A model generated the notes under the pieces. It was not told where the DNA came from and made no database searches. It worked only from the letters and a program-made list of their open reading frames with translations. Positions 11,636 to 23,655 of a DNA stretch of 64,000 nucleotides are shown here, in pieces. The position numbers and the translations under genes are program-made. The stretch's first letter is position 1. Each line of letters begins with the position of its first letter. The DNA is from Phallusia mammillata (Eukaryota), in contig OZ281497.1 in the NCBI GenBank assembly GCA_965637545.1, forward strand, positions 21,452,001 to 21,516,000. Direction: 5' to 3'.

Positions 11636-13082
11636 TTATTTCGGCTCACGACTACGGTCACACAACAAAGAATGGATTTCGTCGCCTTTAGTGCATAATT
11701 CGCCTTTTAATGAAGCCTCAATACGACTGTTTCGTGGCGATACAAAACACGCCAGAACAAGTCCAAACAAAAATACAATGCTTTGAAAAGTGACAACAGC
11801 CAATCCACCCAGAGTGTTGAAAAGAACTCGACCAATTTCGCCGTAAAATATTGCAGTCGGACAAGCTAATCCACTTAACCAAATGGCCACAAATGTTTCG
11901 TCCACAGGAAAAGTTGTCTGCATTGAGATGTCAAACATAATCACCAGTGCAATTTGAGTAAATATTCCAAGCAACGCGTTGCCAGCATACAATACATGAT
12001 ATTGAGCAAAGTATACACCCAACAATATTGCGATGCTCGATAGAAAAGATAAAAACATACTAAATATCATTAGTCTGTCGTATTTTTTGTACAAATTTAC
12101 CAATTTCGCACCTAACAATGTTCCCAAGACGCAACCACCTGTAAAGAAACACATAACATAGACGCCCATAATATCAGCATTTGGAATGATGGGATTTTTT
12201 ATGTTTAAAATGTCGAATAATCTGAGACATCATAGTAAATTCAACCATGGGTAACATTCCGTTGATACTAAAAATCAGAATTGCCGAAACAAAAGTTTTA
12301 TTGGAAAAAATAACTTTCAACTGGTTTCGAAACTCTCGCCACCGGGGTCTGACTTTCATAGAATTCCGCTTTAGCAGCTGTGCAAGAGTCGGTGGTTTTG
12401 GAGGAAGATCTGTAGCTAGGATTCCCAAAAGAATTGCAGAAATAACAGATACCACCGCACAAACGCTGTAGAATACGATCAATGCGTGCTTGTTGTTGTT
12501 CAGCTCAATATCTCCATGGCAATGCGTATTGTTACCAAACTTTAGGGTCATGGTATGGGATGGTACTATCAGACCAATTATTTCACCAATATAGTATCCA
12601 GCAAGATTAACTCCAATAGCCGTGCCCATTTGGTTCTCTGGAAACCAAGTAGCGGCAAATGTAGGTAGTGCGATGGTAACCACATGGTTGGCAATTCCAT
12701 TCACCAACTGGCCGAATATGCTGACGGCAAACAAATAATGGTCTATCATAGAAACCGCAAACAATATGAAACCAAATGCATTAGCGGCTGCTGCAAATAC
12801 AGCGATAAACTTGAAGCCGACTAGATGTCCAAATGATAGCAAAGAAAGTGGAATTGCTGAAAGAATCGGAGCTGCATAAAACATGATGGTCATCCAATCT
12901 ACCTGTGCATATGTTACATGAAAATATGCCACAAAAAAGTTGTTGATTTGGCCAAACAAAGCACCCGAGCTGCCGGAAAGCAGCTGTATTAGTGGAAGCA
13001 GAACAAGAAAGAACCAACGACGTTTGTAAAGTCTCGTCTCCTCATCAAAATTACTGTTGATGTTCCTGCTTGATAGCATCAT
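11636..13082 (-). pseudogene. SLC49-like MFS copy 4, inverted close paralogue of copy 2 with a +1 frameshift
   Basis: ORFs 12174-13082 and 11636-12169; one extra base near 12203 (tttaaaCataaaa vs tttaaaataaaa in copy 2). Confidence 0.82.
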
Positions 13083-13869
13083 AATATTGCCATCTAACCT
13101 TTATAACAAAATACGATAAGTAACTTAATACAGATCTGATACCAAAACATAGATTTAAAGTTAATAAATGAAACATTTCTTTCCTTTCGTTTTTGTTATC
13201 ACACTAAATGTTTTGGTTTTTTATCAGATCTCAAGCACCAAATACACTATTTTAAATTACGAACAATCTGACATAAACAAAAAGCTATATTATTACCAAA
13301 CCTTATACTTGATTACAATAAATGATATTTATTCATTTTTCTTTTCTTCGCTAGCTTTGTCTTAAGGTATGTTTGAGGTACGTAAAATATGTACACAACC
13401 ATACAGTATAATTTTATCTTTCTAAAACTGATACAATCTGTCGCTTCTCTGCTGCTTTTTATTGTCAATCATGCTCTTTTCCGTTGCATCTCTTCTTCCT
13501 GTCTTTCAGATTTGTGTTAGTAACGTTTTTACGTGGAAAAAGGTATAGTAGTATTGCCAGGAATGATTAAAAGGCAGATTATACCAGTCAGAGTGCTTGC
13601 ATATGTTAGCTTGCTAATTGTAGTTTGCAACAAGCACACAGTTCTAAGCGGATCTTGGTCCTAAAGTAGGCTACATTCCTGAAGTCCCGAATAGGTTTGG
13701 CCGAAAATTTTTGGGACTTTGTTTACAAAAATGCGTCTCGGAAAGGTATCAGGAATGAACTATTACGGCCAAGATCCGCTTACAACCTGTGCTTGCTACA
13801 ACTAGGAAGCTTACATATGCTTTTGAAACTACAACACAGAATTAAAACATAAACGTAGCTAAGGGTGAA

Positions 13870-14318
13870 ACAAGCCCTATTTAAGTTAGTTTTTTTTTAA
13901 AAGCTTAAGGTTCATACCGAACCGACTAACAATAGTATGGATGATATATCAACTGCAGAGGGTACGGCATTCTATCGTCTGTTTAGAGAACGGATTGTTC
14001 ACAGCCATGACATCAAACTCAAATGAAATGACGTAAACAAAGTCAAAAAAACCTTCCGGGGAGCTTTTTGTAAAAAAAAGTCCCCATTGGTTTAGGCCCG
14101 AAAGCAAGATTCACCAGCGTAACATTACGACATCACCATAGCCGGGTATAAAGCAAGCCCGATATAAGCTCGTTTTGTTCAAAAGATTCATACCGAACCG
14201 ACTTGCGATAATATCATAGTAGATAATATATCTACTGCAAGGAACACGGCTTTCTACCGTCTGGTTAGTAACACATTGTTCACACCCATGACGTTAAATT
14301 CAAATGAAATGACGTATA
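13870..14318. repeat. Imperfect tandem duplication, period ~285 bp
   Basis: aagccc...ttcataccgaaccgact...ttctaYcgtctg...attgttcaca.ccatgac...caaatgaaatgacgta occurs at ~13872-14038 and ~14155-14316. Confidence 0.75.
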
Positions 14319-14981
14319 CTTTTAAAACAATTGCGTGGGAAATAAAATGAGTCAAGTGCGCTTTTCTTTTACGTAATAACGTCATCATTTACAATGAATA
14401 CATAACTTACAGATTTATTTGGAACGGAATTCATAACGGAAATGCTGCTCAATATGACCAAAAAAAACTGACTCATAAACTGACAACTTTGTTGTCTCAC
14501 TGCAAAGTTTTTGTGTGCTTAAGTATTTGTATGGTATCCCCGGCTCCACCAGCCGGTGAGACCCACTTTATTTTGGTGCACAATTAGACAAGCATACGTG
14601 TCGACAATTGGATACAAGTAAAATTTCACTTTTCAGGCTATTATTTTTAGTTTTAAGGAACTTTGTAGGTCCGTGAAAAAAGTACATAGTCAAACAGTAT
14701 CAGTTTAACTTTCGAAAAACAGCAGAAATCAGTTGCGACTTTTTTGCATTGTATTGCGAAGCCTAGTCTTTTCCTCTCTGCGTCTTTCCTGCCATGCAGA
14801 TTTTTTTAACATTATTACGTTATGTGTTAAAACGCTAACAGTAATAGTAATACCAAGGATAACAAGCTGTGAGGTTGGTCAAACTCCACCTTAATTGCAT
14901 AAGGTGCTAAAATTGGTGCTTTTTCATTTCTCTTAGTTTTATACAGAGTAAAAGCTTTTGACAGAAAACCAACCGGGTAAA

Positions 14982-15421
14982 ACGAAAAGCTGTACAAGTG
15001 AAGACACCCATCTTTATGGAAGACGCTGGTTGTTTCTTGCTGCACCGGCGCTGTTGTAAATGTTGTTAGGCGTGGCTTTTGCAGCGTTCGGGCAGATCAA
15101 CAACTTTTTCGTCGCTTACTTTCAAATCACATTTATTGAAGTGTATTGCATACATTGACTGATTTCCGCTATTGTGGGTATCATGCTGGTAATTTTCGCA
15201 ACTGATCTTCCTACCAAACCTCGTTTTCCCACTGGAATTGTGTTTGCTGATATCGGCCGAGCTCTTTTCAAGTCTTTTAGTGGCTTTGCTGTTCTCGCAT
15301 TTTAAAGCACAAAGATGGTAGCCCTGACGGACGCATTGCCATTGCTTCAACTGCAAGTTGAAGTGACTATATGGAAACAACTTCAATTCTGATCGATCAG
15401 GAACGACCCGATTGGGAGTAA
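14982..15421 (+). pseudogene. SLC49-like MFS copy 5, collapsed remnant and inverted paralogue of copy 3
   Basis: Start ATG>ACG at 14982. Keeps only TM1, the TM6-PPKP segment and TM11-stop in 440 nt. Upstream 14700-14980 is the reverse complement of ~9785-10045. Confidence 0.88.
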
Positions 15422-15754
15422 ATGTCCAGAATTTCATCAACTTTGTTTAGCATTACCTGACCTCACTTGTTTGTATTTAAATGTTCGCATATTCCATTGT
15501 TCTGTAGCTGCTATTCTACCATTTGTCATACTGCGTAAGAGCATGTTTTATACTTTGTAAACGGTTAACGTCAACAACTATGGCGTTCTCTCGTTATGCT
15601 TGCCTTGTGGCATGAAAGCATATTTAATTTACCAATAAGTTGTTTTCACCTGTATATATGTAAAAGCATAGAGCCGTGCAGCTTTTCATTATTGTCTCTA
15701 TGCAGCTTGTTTTCACCTACTTTGGTAATTTCAGCATAAAGATGACTAACTTTA

Positions 15755-15846
15755 TTATTATTGTATTTTTCGACAATCAGGCGGCAGTCCGAGAACTGAA
15801 AATTGCCCTTTGTCGTTCACGGGATTCGAACCCAGGATACTCCCGG
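15755..15846 (-). mobile_element. 5'-truncated tRNA-derived SINE
   Basis: Pol III B-box GGGTTCGAATCCC on the minus strand, (TAA)n-like tail, 11-bp TSD gactaacttta at 15744-15754 and 15847-15857. Confidence 0.75.
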
Positions 15847-16848
15847 GACTAACTTTACTTGCATGGACCACTGTTGGTAGTATAATAGGCTATCGTTGGG
15901 TGTGACAAAAATTTGGATCATATCGAAATACATGAATAGACTGATTTCAGCATAAAGAGGACTAACTTTACTTGCATGGACCACTGTTGGTAGTATAATA
16001 GGCTATCGTTGGGTGTGACAAAAATTTGGATCACGAGAATCACAATGTTATAGCAAATAGAGCAAGATATGTGAAGTAATACGCAAGTCAAAGAACTTAT
16101 TCAATTCAACCATATACTAATAGCGCATGCTGTAAACAGGAAACTGCTGCTACACCATTACCATGGCTAAAGTTGTTGGTGTTAACCTGGTCCTTTACGC
16201 TTCCAAATCTACTTCCTATAGTTTCTTGTACGTTTAAGTAACATTTTAAAAGTACCGATACAGTTGCATAGCCTGATTAAATGCAGGATACCTACGCCTA
16301 TCAATCGTGTGACCAATTCAAACGTCCCGGAATATACTTCAAATTATACATCCTGTTTCGACAGAAGTGGTCTATTGTGCTCTCACATGTATATGGGTCG
16401 AGGCGCAGCGGCAATATGGACAATTAGGACAAGTTTCTTGGCCAGCTTCGTAAGTTTATTGGATCATTTGTGCTTAAACTTCTGATTTACCGGCTGTATA
16501 TTTGAGACTAAATATTTAGCAGGACGTGGGTCATTAAAACTGTTTGTTTATGAAATGAACCACACGGCTTCATTATTCACAGAAAGATTGTGGATATACA
16601 GTAGTGTCAAACATTCTTTCAACAGAGAGGCCTGCTGGAATCAATACACTGCATATGAGCTACAAAAACGGTTTAGGCAGTGCTGTTATAGTATACATAC
16701 GGTCATAGAGGGAGGTAACTGTTTGTTATGTCTCCGATTTTCTTGTGATTGTATGACGTTGTTTGACGTGTAGCCTACGTCATGTTTCTTTGAAAGGAGG
16801 CCTTGCAAAACTGACTTGGAGCTATATGTTGTTGTTGTTAACTTTAAA

Positions 16849-18285
16849 ATGATGGAATACAGAGAAGACAGTACAGAAACTTTGACAAGGTACAAAAGAC
16901 GATGGATTTTTCTGGTGTTTTTCACATTGCTTCAGTGTTTTCCTGGGATCTCGTTTTCCATGTTTGGCCAGATAAGCAGCTTCTTTGTTTCCTACTTTAA
17001 CGTAACCTATACACAGGTGGACTGGTTAACTGTGGCCATCAACGTGGCACCGATATTCTTGACATTGCCATTGTCTTGGACTATCTTTCGTAACATGTTA
17101 GGATTTCGAGGCATCGCTGTCATTTGTGCGTCTACCAGCGTAATAGCATTTGCTTGTTTTGCTATTTCCATGACCGACGGGTCTTTGTTTGCTCTGAGCG
17201 TGATCGGTCAAACAGTTGGTGGAATTTCTGGACAACTGGTGATGACGATCCCACCGACATTCGCTGCTTTGTGGTTCCCTGAAAATGAAGTTGGAACAGC
17301 TATTGGTGTCACTTCAATGGGCACGTACATTGGTAACTTTATAGGCTTGTTGGTTCCTACTTATTCGTTAGTCCATGGCAATGCAAATTCCACTTCTATG
17401 CGTTGGAAAGAACAGGACAAATATGCATTGATTTGGATCTATAGCACGTGTGTTTTTGTGGCAGCTGGTCTGGGCTTGTTTATTTGCATTTTTGTGACAA
17501 ATTTTCCACCGAAACCACCAACTATTGCACAGAAGAACAAACGATGCTCCGAAGAGTTTGCTAAAAACCGAACTTCAACTAAATTTTGGTTGCAAATAAG
17601 ATTTCTTTTGACCAACAGAACATTTCTTTGCGGGACGTTGGTTTTTGCCATTGTCTTTCAAACACCCATTGTGGAAACCACTATGATGTCACAAATAGTT
17701 CGAGAATTTTCTAACAGAAGCCATTTGACTTTGAAACCTTCTATTGTTGGTTCATTTACAATGTGTTTCAATTCATTGGGAAATGCTGTTGGTGCCGTAA
17801 TTGCAGGTAAACTAGTCGACAAACTGAAACATTACGATACCCTGAGCATAGTTGGCACTTTTCTGTGTTTCTTATCCACACTAATCATTTTATTGGGATC
17901 CGTTTTTGCTGTTTACCAGTTGCTTTACGTTGGGAATGCTTTGCTGGGAGTTTTCGCCCAGATCTCTTTGGTAACTATTTACGATATGACAACACAACAC
18001 ACTTATCCTGTTGATGAAACGTTTGTCAGCATATGGTTGATAGGCATCGCAGTTCCTTTTGGGCTTTTCTATGGCCCAATTGGTCGTTTAATATTTAAAT
18101 CCTTTGGTGGAACTGGAGTCCTTTTATTTCAAAGTGGAAGTTTTGCTGTTGGTGCTGCGTTGTGCTTTTTATTTTCACCTGAATATGGGCGATTGGATGT
18201 CGAAGAATCTTCGGAATCGGATCAAAATGAAAATACTCGGGTCTTAGAAAGACAAGCTCTAGTTCAACATGGTAACGTGGAATAA
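16849..18285 (+). CDS. SLC49-like MFS copy 6 (intact, intronless, ~478 aa from ATG 16849)
   Basis: ORF 16816-18285; YKRRW, VDW, WFPENEVGTAIG, PPKPPT, TYPVDE motifs. Confidence 0.92.
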   Translation: MMEYREDSTETLTRYKRRWIFLVFFTLLQCFPGISFSMFGQISSFFVSYFNVTYTQVDWLTVAINVAPIFLTLPLSWTIFRNMLGFRGIAVICASTSVIAFACFAISMTDGSLFALSVIGQTVGGISGQLVMTIPPTFAALWFPENEVGTAIGVTSMGTYIGNFIGLLVPTYSLVHGNANSTSMRWKEQDKYALIWIYSTCVFVAAGLGLFICIFVTNFPPKPPTIAQKNKRCSEEFAKNRTSTKFWLQIRFLLTNRTFLCGTLVFAIVFQTPIVETTMMSQIVREFSNRSHLTLKPSIVGSFTMCFNSLGNAVGAVIAGKLVDKLKHYDTLSIVGTFLCFLSTLIILLGSVFAVYQLLYVGNALLGVFAQISLVTIYDMTTQHTYPVDETFVSIWLIGIAVPFGLFYGPIGRLIFKSFGGTGVLLFQSGSFAVGAALCFLFSPEYGRLDVEESSESDQNENTRVLERQALVQHGNVE

Positions 18286-19256
18286 AGACCCTGTCCCATG
18301 CAACTCTTAAACGTCGTACGTTTAGGTTCGATGATGACGATGTTTGTGTGAACTTCTGCATTGAAGTAGTTCCAACCAAATTAAAATTACGCCAAGATTC
18401 AAATGACATTGCATTTCTGCGTTCACAGAGTTGGCTTTAAATATCGTGCACGTGTATTTAAATTTGTTGACACCGCGATTATAACAGCAATGTTATTTTT
18501 GCGTAAAATGCACTTTCAGCATTTGATCACGGAAGATTGTTTTCAACACCAGACATATTGACGTGTGTATTAATTGTTTGAACGTTGAAGGAGATTGCCT
18601 TTGCCATAGTTTCCGTTTATTGTTATATACATCTCCAAATTACGCAACATGTTCGCAACATCGTTTGCTAACGAAATAAAAGAAACATATCCTTCATAGC
18701 AAGCATGATTGATAAGGTATTGACAACGTGTGTCTTCTCTACCTTGGATTGAGTGCTTTCGTATCAACATGCAAATATTGTAGTAATTCAAATTTTAGAT
18801 GATGTTCTTGTTCTCACACATCACACACAAAAAATGTTTTTACATGTAGTGAAAACTTTTATTGTATTTATAAAATGCAAAGTTAAGGATGTTCCGAAGA
18901 AATAACTGTGATGTATTTCCCTAAAAGTGCATAAAGAGGGTAAACATATAAAACAATCGCAAAAAGACCTGAAACAAAGTATAACATTAAAAATATAAAC
19001 CCTGTCTAATGTTTGTTGTCGTTGCTTAAACAGAGTTTTTAGTTTACCTAAACAAGAGTTTGATTTTGGTTTAACCAGAAACAGTTAAGTAATCAAATTA
19101 GTTTGTGTGTAACTTTGTATTTCATTTTGTTTGAAAAATGGAGCTTACTCATACGATTCCAAAAATTCGTTATGTGTGTAGACTATAGACTCGTAACTTT
19201 ATGCTTTACGAACATAAAAAAACATGTGACTTAGCAACATCGATCACTGATAATAA

Positions 19257-20693
19257 TCATTTATTTTCGCGTGTGTCATTGATCAATTTTGCCGATTCTG
19301 CCACTTCGTCTACTTCACTGAGATTTGGATTCTCAAGAACGTCGAAGCGTCCGTATACGGGCGAAAAAAAGAAAGTCAGAATCAGAGCCATCAAAAAACT
19401 TACATTCTGAAATACCACAACCGCTATGCCGCCGAGCGAATTAAATATTACTCGGGAGATTTCGCCAAAAAATATTCCGAATGGTGCCAAGACCCCGATC
19501 AGCCAAACACTAACCACCGTCTCATCAATGGGATACGTCTGCTGGGTTGATATGTCGTACACAACCACCATGGTAATTTGCCCAAACAAGCCTAACAGAA
19601 AATTTCCGGCGTACAGCATGATGTACTGCGCAAAGACGACCCCTAGTGTTACAATTACAGCGGCTAGAAACGACGCCAGGCTGCTGGCTATCGACAGACG
19701 GTCGTACCGCTTGTACTTGTCGACCAATTTGCCTCCAATCAACGTCCCAACCACGTTTCCAACTGAGTAGAAACACATGACGTACACACCTATGACGTCA
19801 TGCTTCAGGGAGAGCCCCTTCGCCTCCGCGAACTGTTGAATAATTTGTGACATCATTGTGAATTCGCCGGTGGTGCCTTGGAAAATTAATCCAAATACCA
19901 AAGTGCCCAAAATGAAAGTGCGGTTTGTGAAGATTGTTTTTGTCTGGGACCAGAACGCAGGACAGTTGAGATCTGAAGGAGTCTGATTTCTTTTAAGTTT
20001 TTGGGCCACAGTAGGGGGTTTAGGTGGTAGATCTGTTCCGAAAATTGCAAGGACAACGCCAACAGATGTTGCTATTGCGATGCAAACGCAGTAGATCCAA
20101 ATCAAAGTGTATTTATTTTTTACCATCCAGTATCGCTTGTCCGCAGAAGTCAAGTTGTTCATTCTTAGCTTCATAAGGTGCGATGGCACAATAAGACCTA
20201 CAAGGTTACCGATGTACAAACCCATCGAAATAATCCCAATTGCTGTTCCTACTTCGTTTTCAGGGAACCACAAGGTTGCGTACACTGGTGGAATTGCAGT
20301 AATAATTTGTGCTGCAAAGCCGTTGATTGTTTGTCCGATGACGCCGATTCCAAAAAGTGACGAACCGGCCAAAGAAATCGCAATACAAGAAAACCCCACT
20401 GCTACTGATATTGCGCAAATAATGGCAAGAACTTTCAACCCCATAACTTGTTTAAACAGCAGCCAAGCTAAAGGTAAAGTGGTAAATATGGGTGCAATGT
20501 TAAAAGCTATTGTCATCCAGTCCACTTGGGCGTAGCCGACACTGAAGTAAGCGACAAAAAAGTTGCTGATCTGGCCAAAAGCAGAATACGATATCCCACA
20601 TAGTATTTGTAACAGCGTCAGAATGCCCAAGAACAGCCATCGTCTTTTGTATAACTGTGTGTCCGTTTCTTTGTTGGTGATATTGTTCAACAT
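19257..20693 (-). CDS. SLC49-like MFS copy 7 (478 aa, intact, intronless)
   Basis: Full ORF with the same motifs. Confidence 0.92.
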   Translation of the reverse strand: MLNNITNKETDTQLYKRRWLFLGILTLLQILCGISYSAFGQISNFFVAYFSVGYAQVDWMTIAFNIAPIFTTLPLAWLLFKQVMGLKVLAIICAISVAVGFSCIAISLAGSSLFGIGVIGQTINGFAAQIITAIPPVYATLWFPENEVGTAIGIISMGLYIGNLVGLIVPSHLMKLRMNNLTSADKRYWMVKNKYTLIWIYCVCIAIATSVGVVLAIFGTDLPPKPPTVAQKLKRNQTPSDLNCPAFWSQTKTIFTNRTFILGTLVFGLIFQGTTGEFTMMSQIIQQFAEAKGLSLKHDVIGVYVMCFYSVGNVVGTLIGGKLVDKYKRYDRLSIASSLASFLAAVIVTLGVVFAQYIMLYAGNFLLGLFGQITMVVVYDISTQQTYPIDETVVSVWLIGVLAPFGIFFGEISRVIFNSLGGIAVVVFQNVSFLMALILTFFFSPVYGRFDVLENPNLSEVDEVAESAKLINDTRENK

Positions 20694-22138
20694 GTTGCCT
20701 TGTTATATTCGTCCTAATTTTTTGCCCAAATGCTGCATAACAATGTACTTAAAATAAGGCTAAAAAGAATAAGTTTTTGTTACTGCTTAGTTTAGGTGTG
20801 TTGTGCTTGTGAACAAAAATTCTCTCTCAGGTACCTTTGGCTAAACAATTTCTAACTTGCGTAGTGTTTTGCATTAGATGAGACATAACTTCCCGCCAAC
20901 CGTAGTCCAGCTGTTATGATCTCAACTACATGCTGGATCGGACCTTGCCAAACATGGCGCACTAGTTAATTGTATACAAGTTTTTACCCAAGGAACGCCA
21001 ATCCGCCACTAAGGAGTTGCTGCTCTTTTTCATTGTTTGTGCGGCCATATGTATCGTGGCTCTGCTGAAGTTTTGCGAACAAAGATTTACCCTTTAATCC
21101 GTTTGATTGTTTGCAGCTGCAGTCGTATTATAATCGTTTTGCTCTTCCGTTTCTAAACAAACGGTTTTCACACAATGGTGGCGGGTTACGTAATGCCAAA
21201 CTTATATATAAGTTATGTTGCTAAAGTTCCACGCAGTTTGCTGACGTTTTCATTACTAATTTCAAACGCCGTTTACTGAACTCAAATACTTGTTTATCTT
21301 TGGTAGCATGCAATTAATACATTTGCTCCGTACATACAGCAGCAGGACCCCTAAACCACATGCACACCCGTGTACACGGATATTGTCCATTTATTTATTA
21401 CAAGTTACAACGGATGTATGTGAAGGGTGCAAATGATCGATAACATTTTATGCTGTGGAAACAATGATCGATTCGTTGTCTAATAGTAATACAGGTCAAC
21501 AACTGGTTCGACTATACCTGCGGTGTACAAACCAGAGGAGAAAGTTCAATTCCTTAATTACCAATGCAATAATACTCCAAAGTTAGGATCTTATTCTAAT
21601 CATCGATTTGTGTGTGTGTGGTTCCTTCTGGCGCTTGAAAATACACAAAAGGGTTTCCTTCGGTGGTTTATTTTCATGTTGAATCCCACCCTCTTTCCCC
21701 AGCACGGTGGTAAGTTCTATTAGCCTCCAAACTGGTCCAACCAACTTCCCACCCTCAGTTGTGTTACTCACAATGCGCCAATCCCACTGTGAGCCCCAGT
21801 CACATAATGCTTTATAATACGGTGTAGCTGCACCGCGTTCGGCCATTATCCACCAATTGTGCCCTCCACTGTTGGTATAGAGCTACTTACACCATACCTC
21901 ACGTCAGCCGCACATGGAGCTACTTTTCGATAGGTGGCGCAGGAGCTGAGTTATATATATATTCCTAATATGAAAGTTAAAGACACATTTAAAACTTAAA
22001 TCCTGACCACAACAGTATCAGATAATCTGCGATAATTAGAGAACTTTGTTTAACTCCATCGAAATTTTTCGTAAAAACAAACAATTACGTTGACAAAAAT
22101 ATTGGGTTTTTCAGCGCAGCAAGTATTTACTCGGTGCT

Positions 22139-23655
22139 ACGGTGCATCTTCTGTAGTACGCAGGTAACGGCTACTTTGAAACCCGTACGGACTTGGTGTT
22201 TCAAGGGTGAAGCGCAGATGCTCACCATCTGCACAAAAATCAGCAAACAATCTCATTATCGTTACTCCTTTGCGCTAATGTTTTGCTGTTTTATCAATAA
22301 CCAACAAGTAGGCTGAGGTGTTTGAAAAAATGCAAAGGTTAAACAAAAATATCTGTTGCTACCGCTTAACATTGAGAGCAGGGTAAATCTATTGTCAAAA
22401 ATGAGTTATTGTGTGAAAAAAACTAACCTTGTGCATTAATGTACATTTAGGGAGAATCATTAAGGGAAACGTATGTAGACCATTAAATACTATAGGAGCA
22501 CTGCAGAAACTGTGTACAATAAAAGCAAAGCTTATGTTTCAGTTACCGGCGAGGTCATCTTCTAAGAATTCGTCTGGAAGAATATCACTTCTCGGAACCT
22601 CATCGATGTCGATAGGAAAATTGGAACGCTGCGTCATAATGTCATAGAAGAATCTGGATGAAATTAAAACTAGATTGATTGCGAGTGGTCTGATGACAGA
22701 CATTCGATCGGAATGCAATCGCGAGTTTTGTTTTCAAATTACCGACATATATAAATTTCCACTGGTAGCAGTTAAGATGAACATAAATTCATAATTGGGA
22801 TCAGCCCTGAAGCGTCTATGCAGACCAGCGATCACGGCACACTCATATATACTTTGATTTCCACTGGTAGCTTACAATGTTAAACCAACACACATAGGTC
22901 TCATCATCTGCTTGTTGTTTAGCGGAACTCATTTAATTTCAATTTAAAAGTACATAAGGTTTGCACAAAATGGTGCAAACTGATTGAATTCATCCAACAA
23001 TTTCTTACACCTGTCGGTTCCTTCTCCTCCGCCTTCGAACAAAGATGTAAGTCAGCGCAAGAATTAGGGCAAGTAATAACGCTGCGGACACTGCAGCAAG
23101 GGCTGTCACCAATGTGGTGTTGCTTGCATGAGCTGCAGTCGAAGTTTTTGAAGAACCTGTAATTTGAAAATGTCGGACTTTGCTGCATTTGCTGCAGGAA
23201 TAAATGTGTGTGTCTAACCTACTTACTTGGTATAACATTTGTTGTCGGTGTATTTCCGGTTGAGTATAAAGAAAACATAACTGATGTCGGCTCAGTCTCG
23301 TCCTCATGCTCGAGTGAGGAGGCCTTTGTTGCATTAAGTAACATGTCGAAATGTGCCTCATCAGACCGACCTCACATAAAAAAGCGTGATGCTGTTTTTT
23401 TTCATTACTCAATACCCTTGTTTGTTGAAAAAGACTGATTCAAAACAGCATATCATGAAACCCTTGAAAATCCTTGAGGAACATAACATAGAAACAACTC
23501 AAACCAAACTTGCTTAACAAGTTTAAATTACAAACAGGCAAACATTATTTTTACATTTGCCATCCTTTTCTTAAACCTCATCTCTGACATAGAGACACAC
23601 CTGATTTTCATTAAACCAGCTTCAACCGACAATCAGGTCCATAAAGAAGTCTGAC
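22139..23655 (-). CDS. Degenerate or partial third lectin-mucin-TM gene (5' exons not resolved; possibly a pseudogene)
   Basis: Exon-like pieces: ...HAFLCE (CTLD-end-like, ~23370-23434), an S/T-rich exon (~23228-23323), TM plus stop-transfer LVTALAAVSAALLLALILALTYIFVRRRRRRNRQ (~23011-23156), and putative cytoplasmic exons near 22743-22870, 22547-22653 and 22139-22228. Boundaries uncertain. Confidence 0.45.

Noticed and set aside
15800-15846. Possible tRNA gene (GGTTCGAATCCC)
   Set aside because: No A-box or cloverleaf; TSD and tail indicate a truncated SINE.
2879-20693. Horizontal transfer from bacteria to explain intronless MFS genes
   Set aside because: YKRRW, WFP..E...A and PP.PPT motifs fit eukaryotic SLC49; nothing else looks bacterial. 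A phylogeny would be needed to reopen this.
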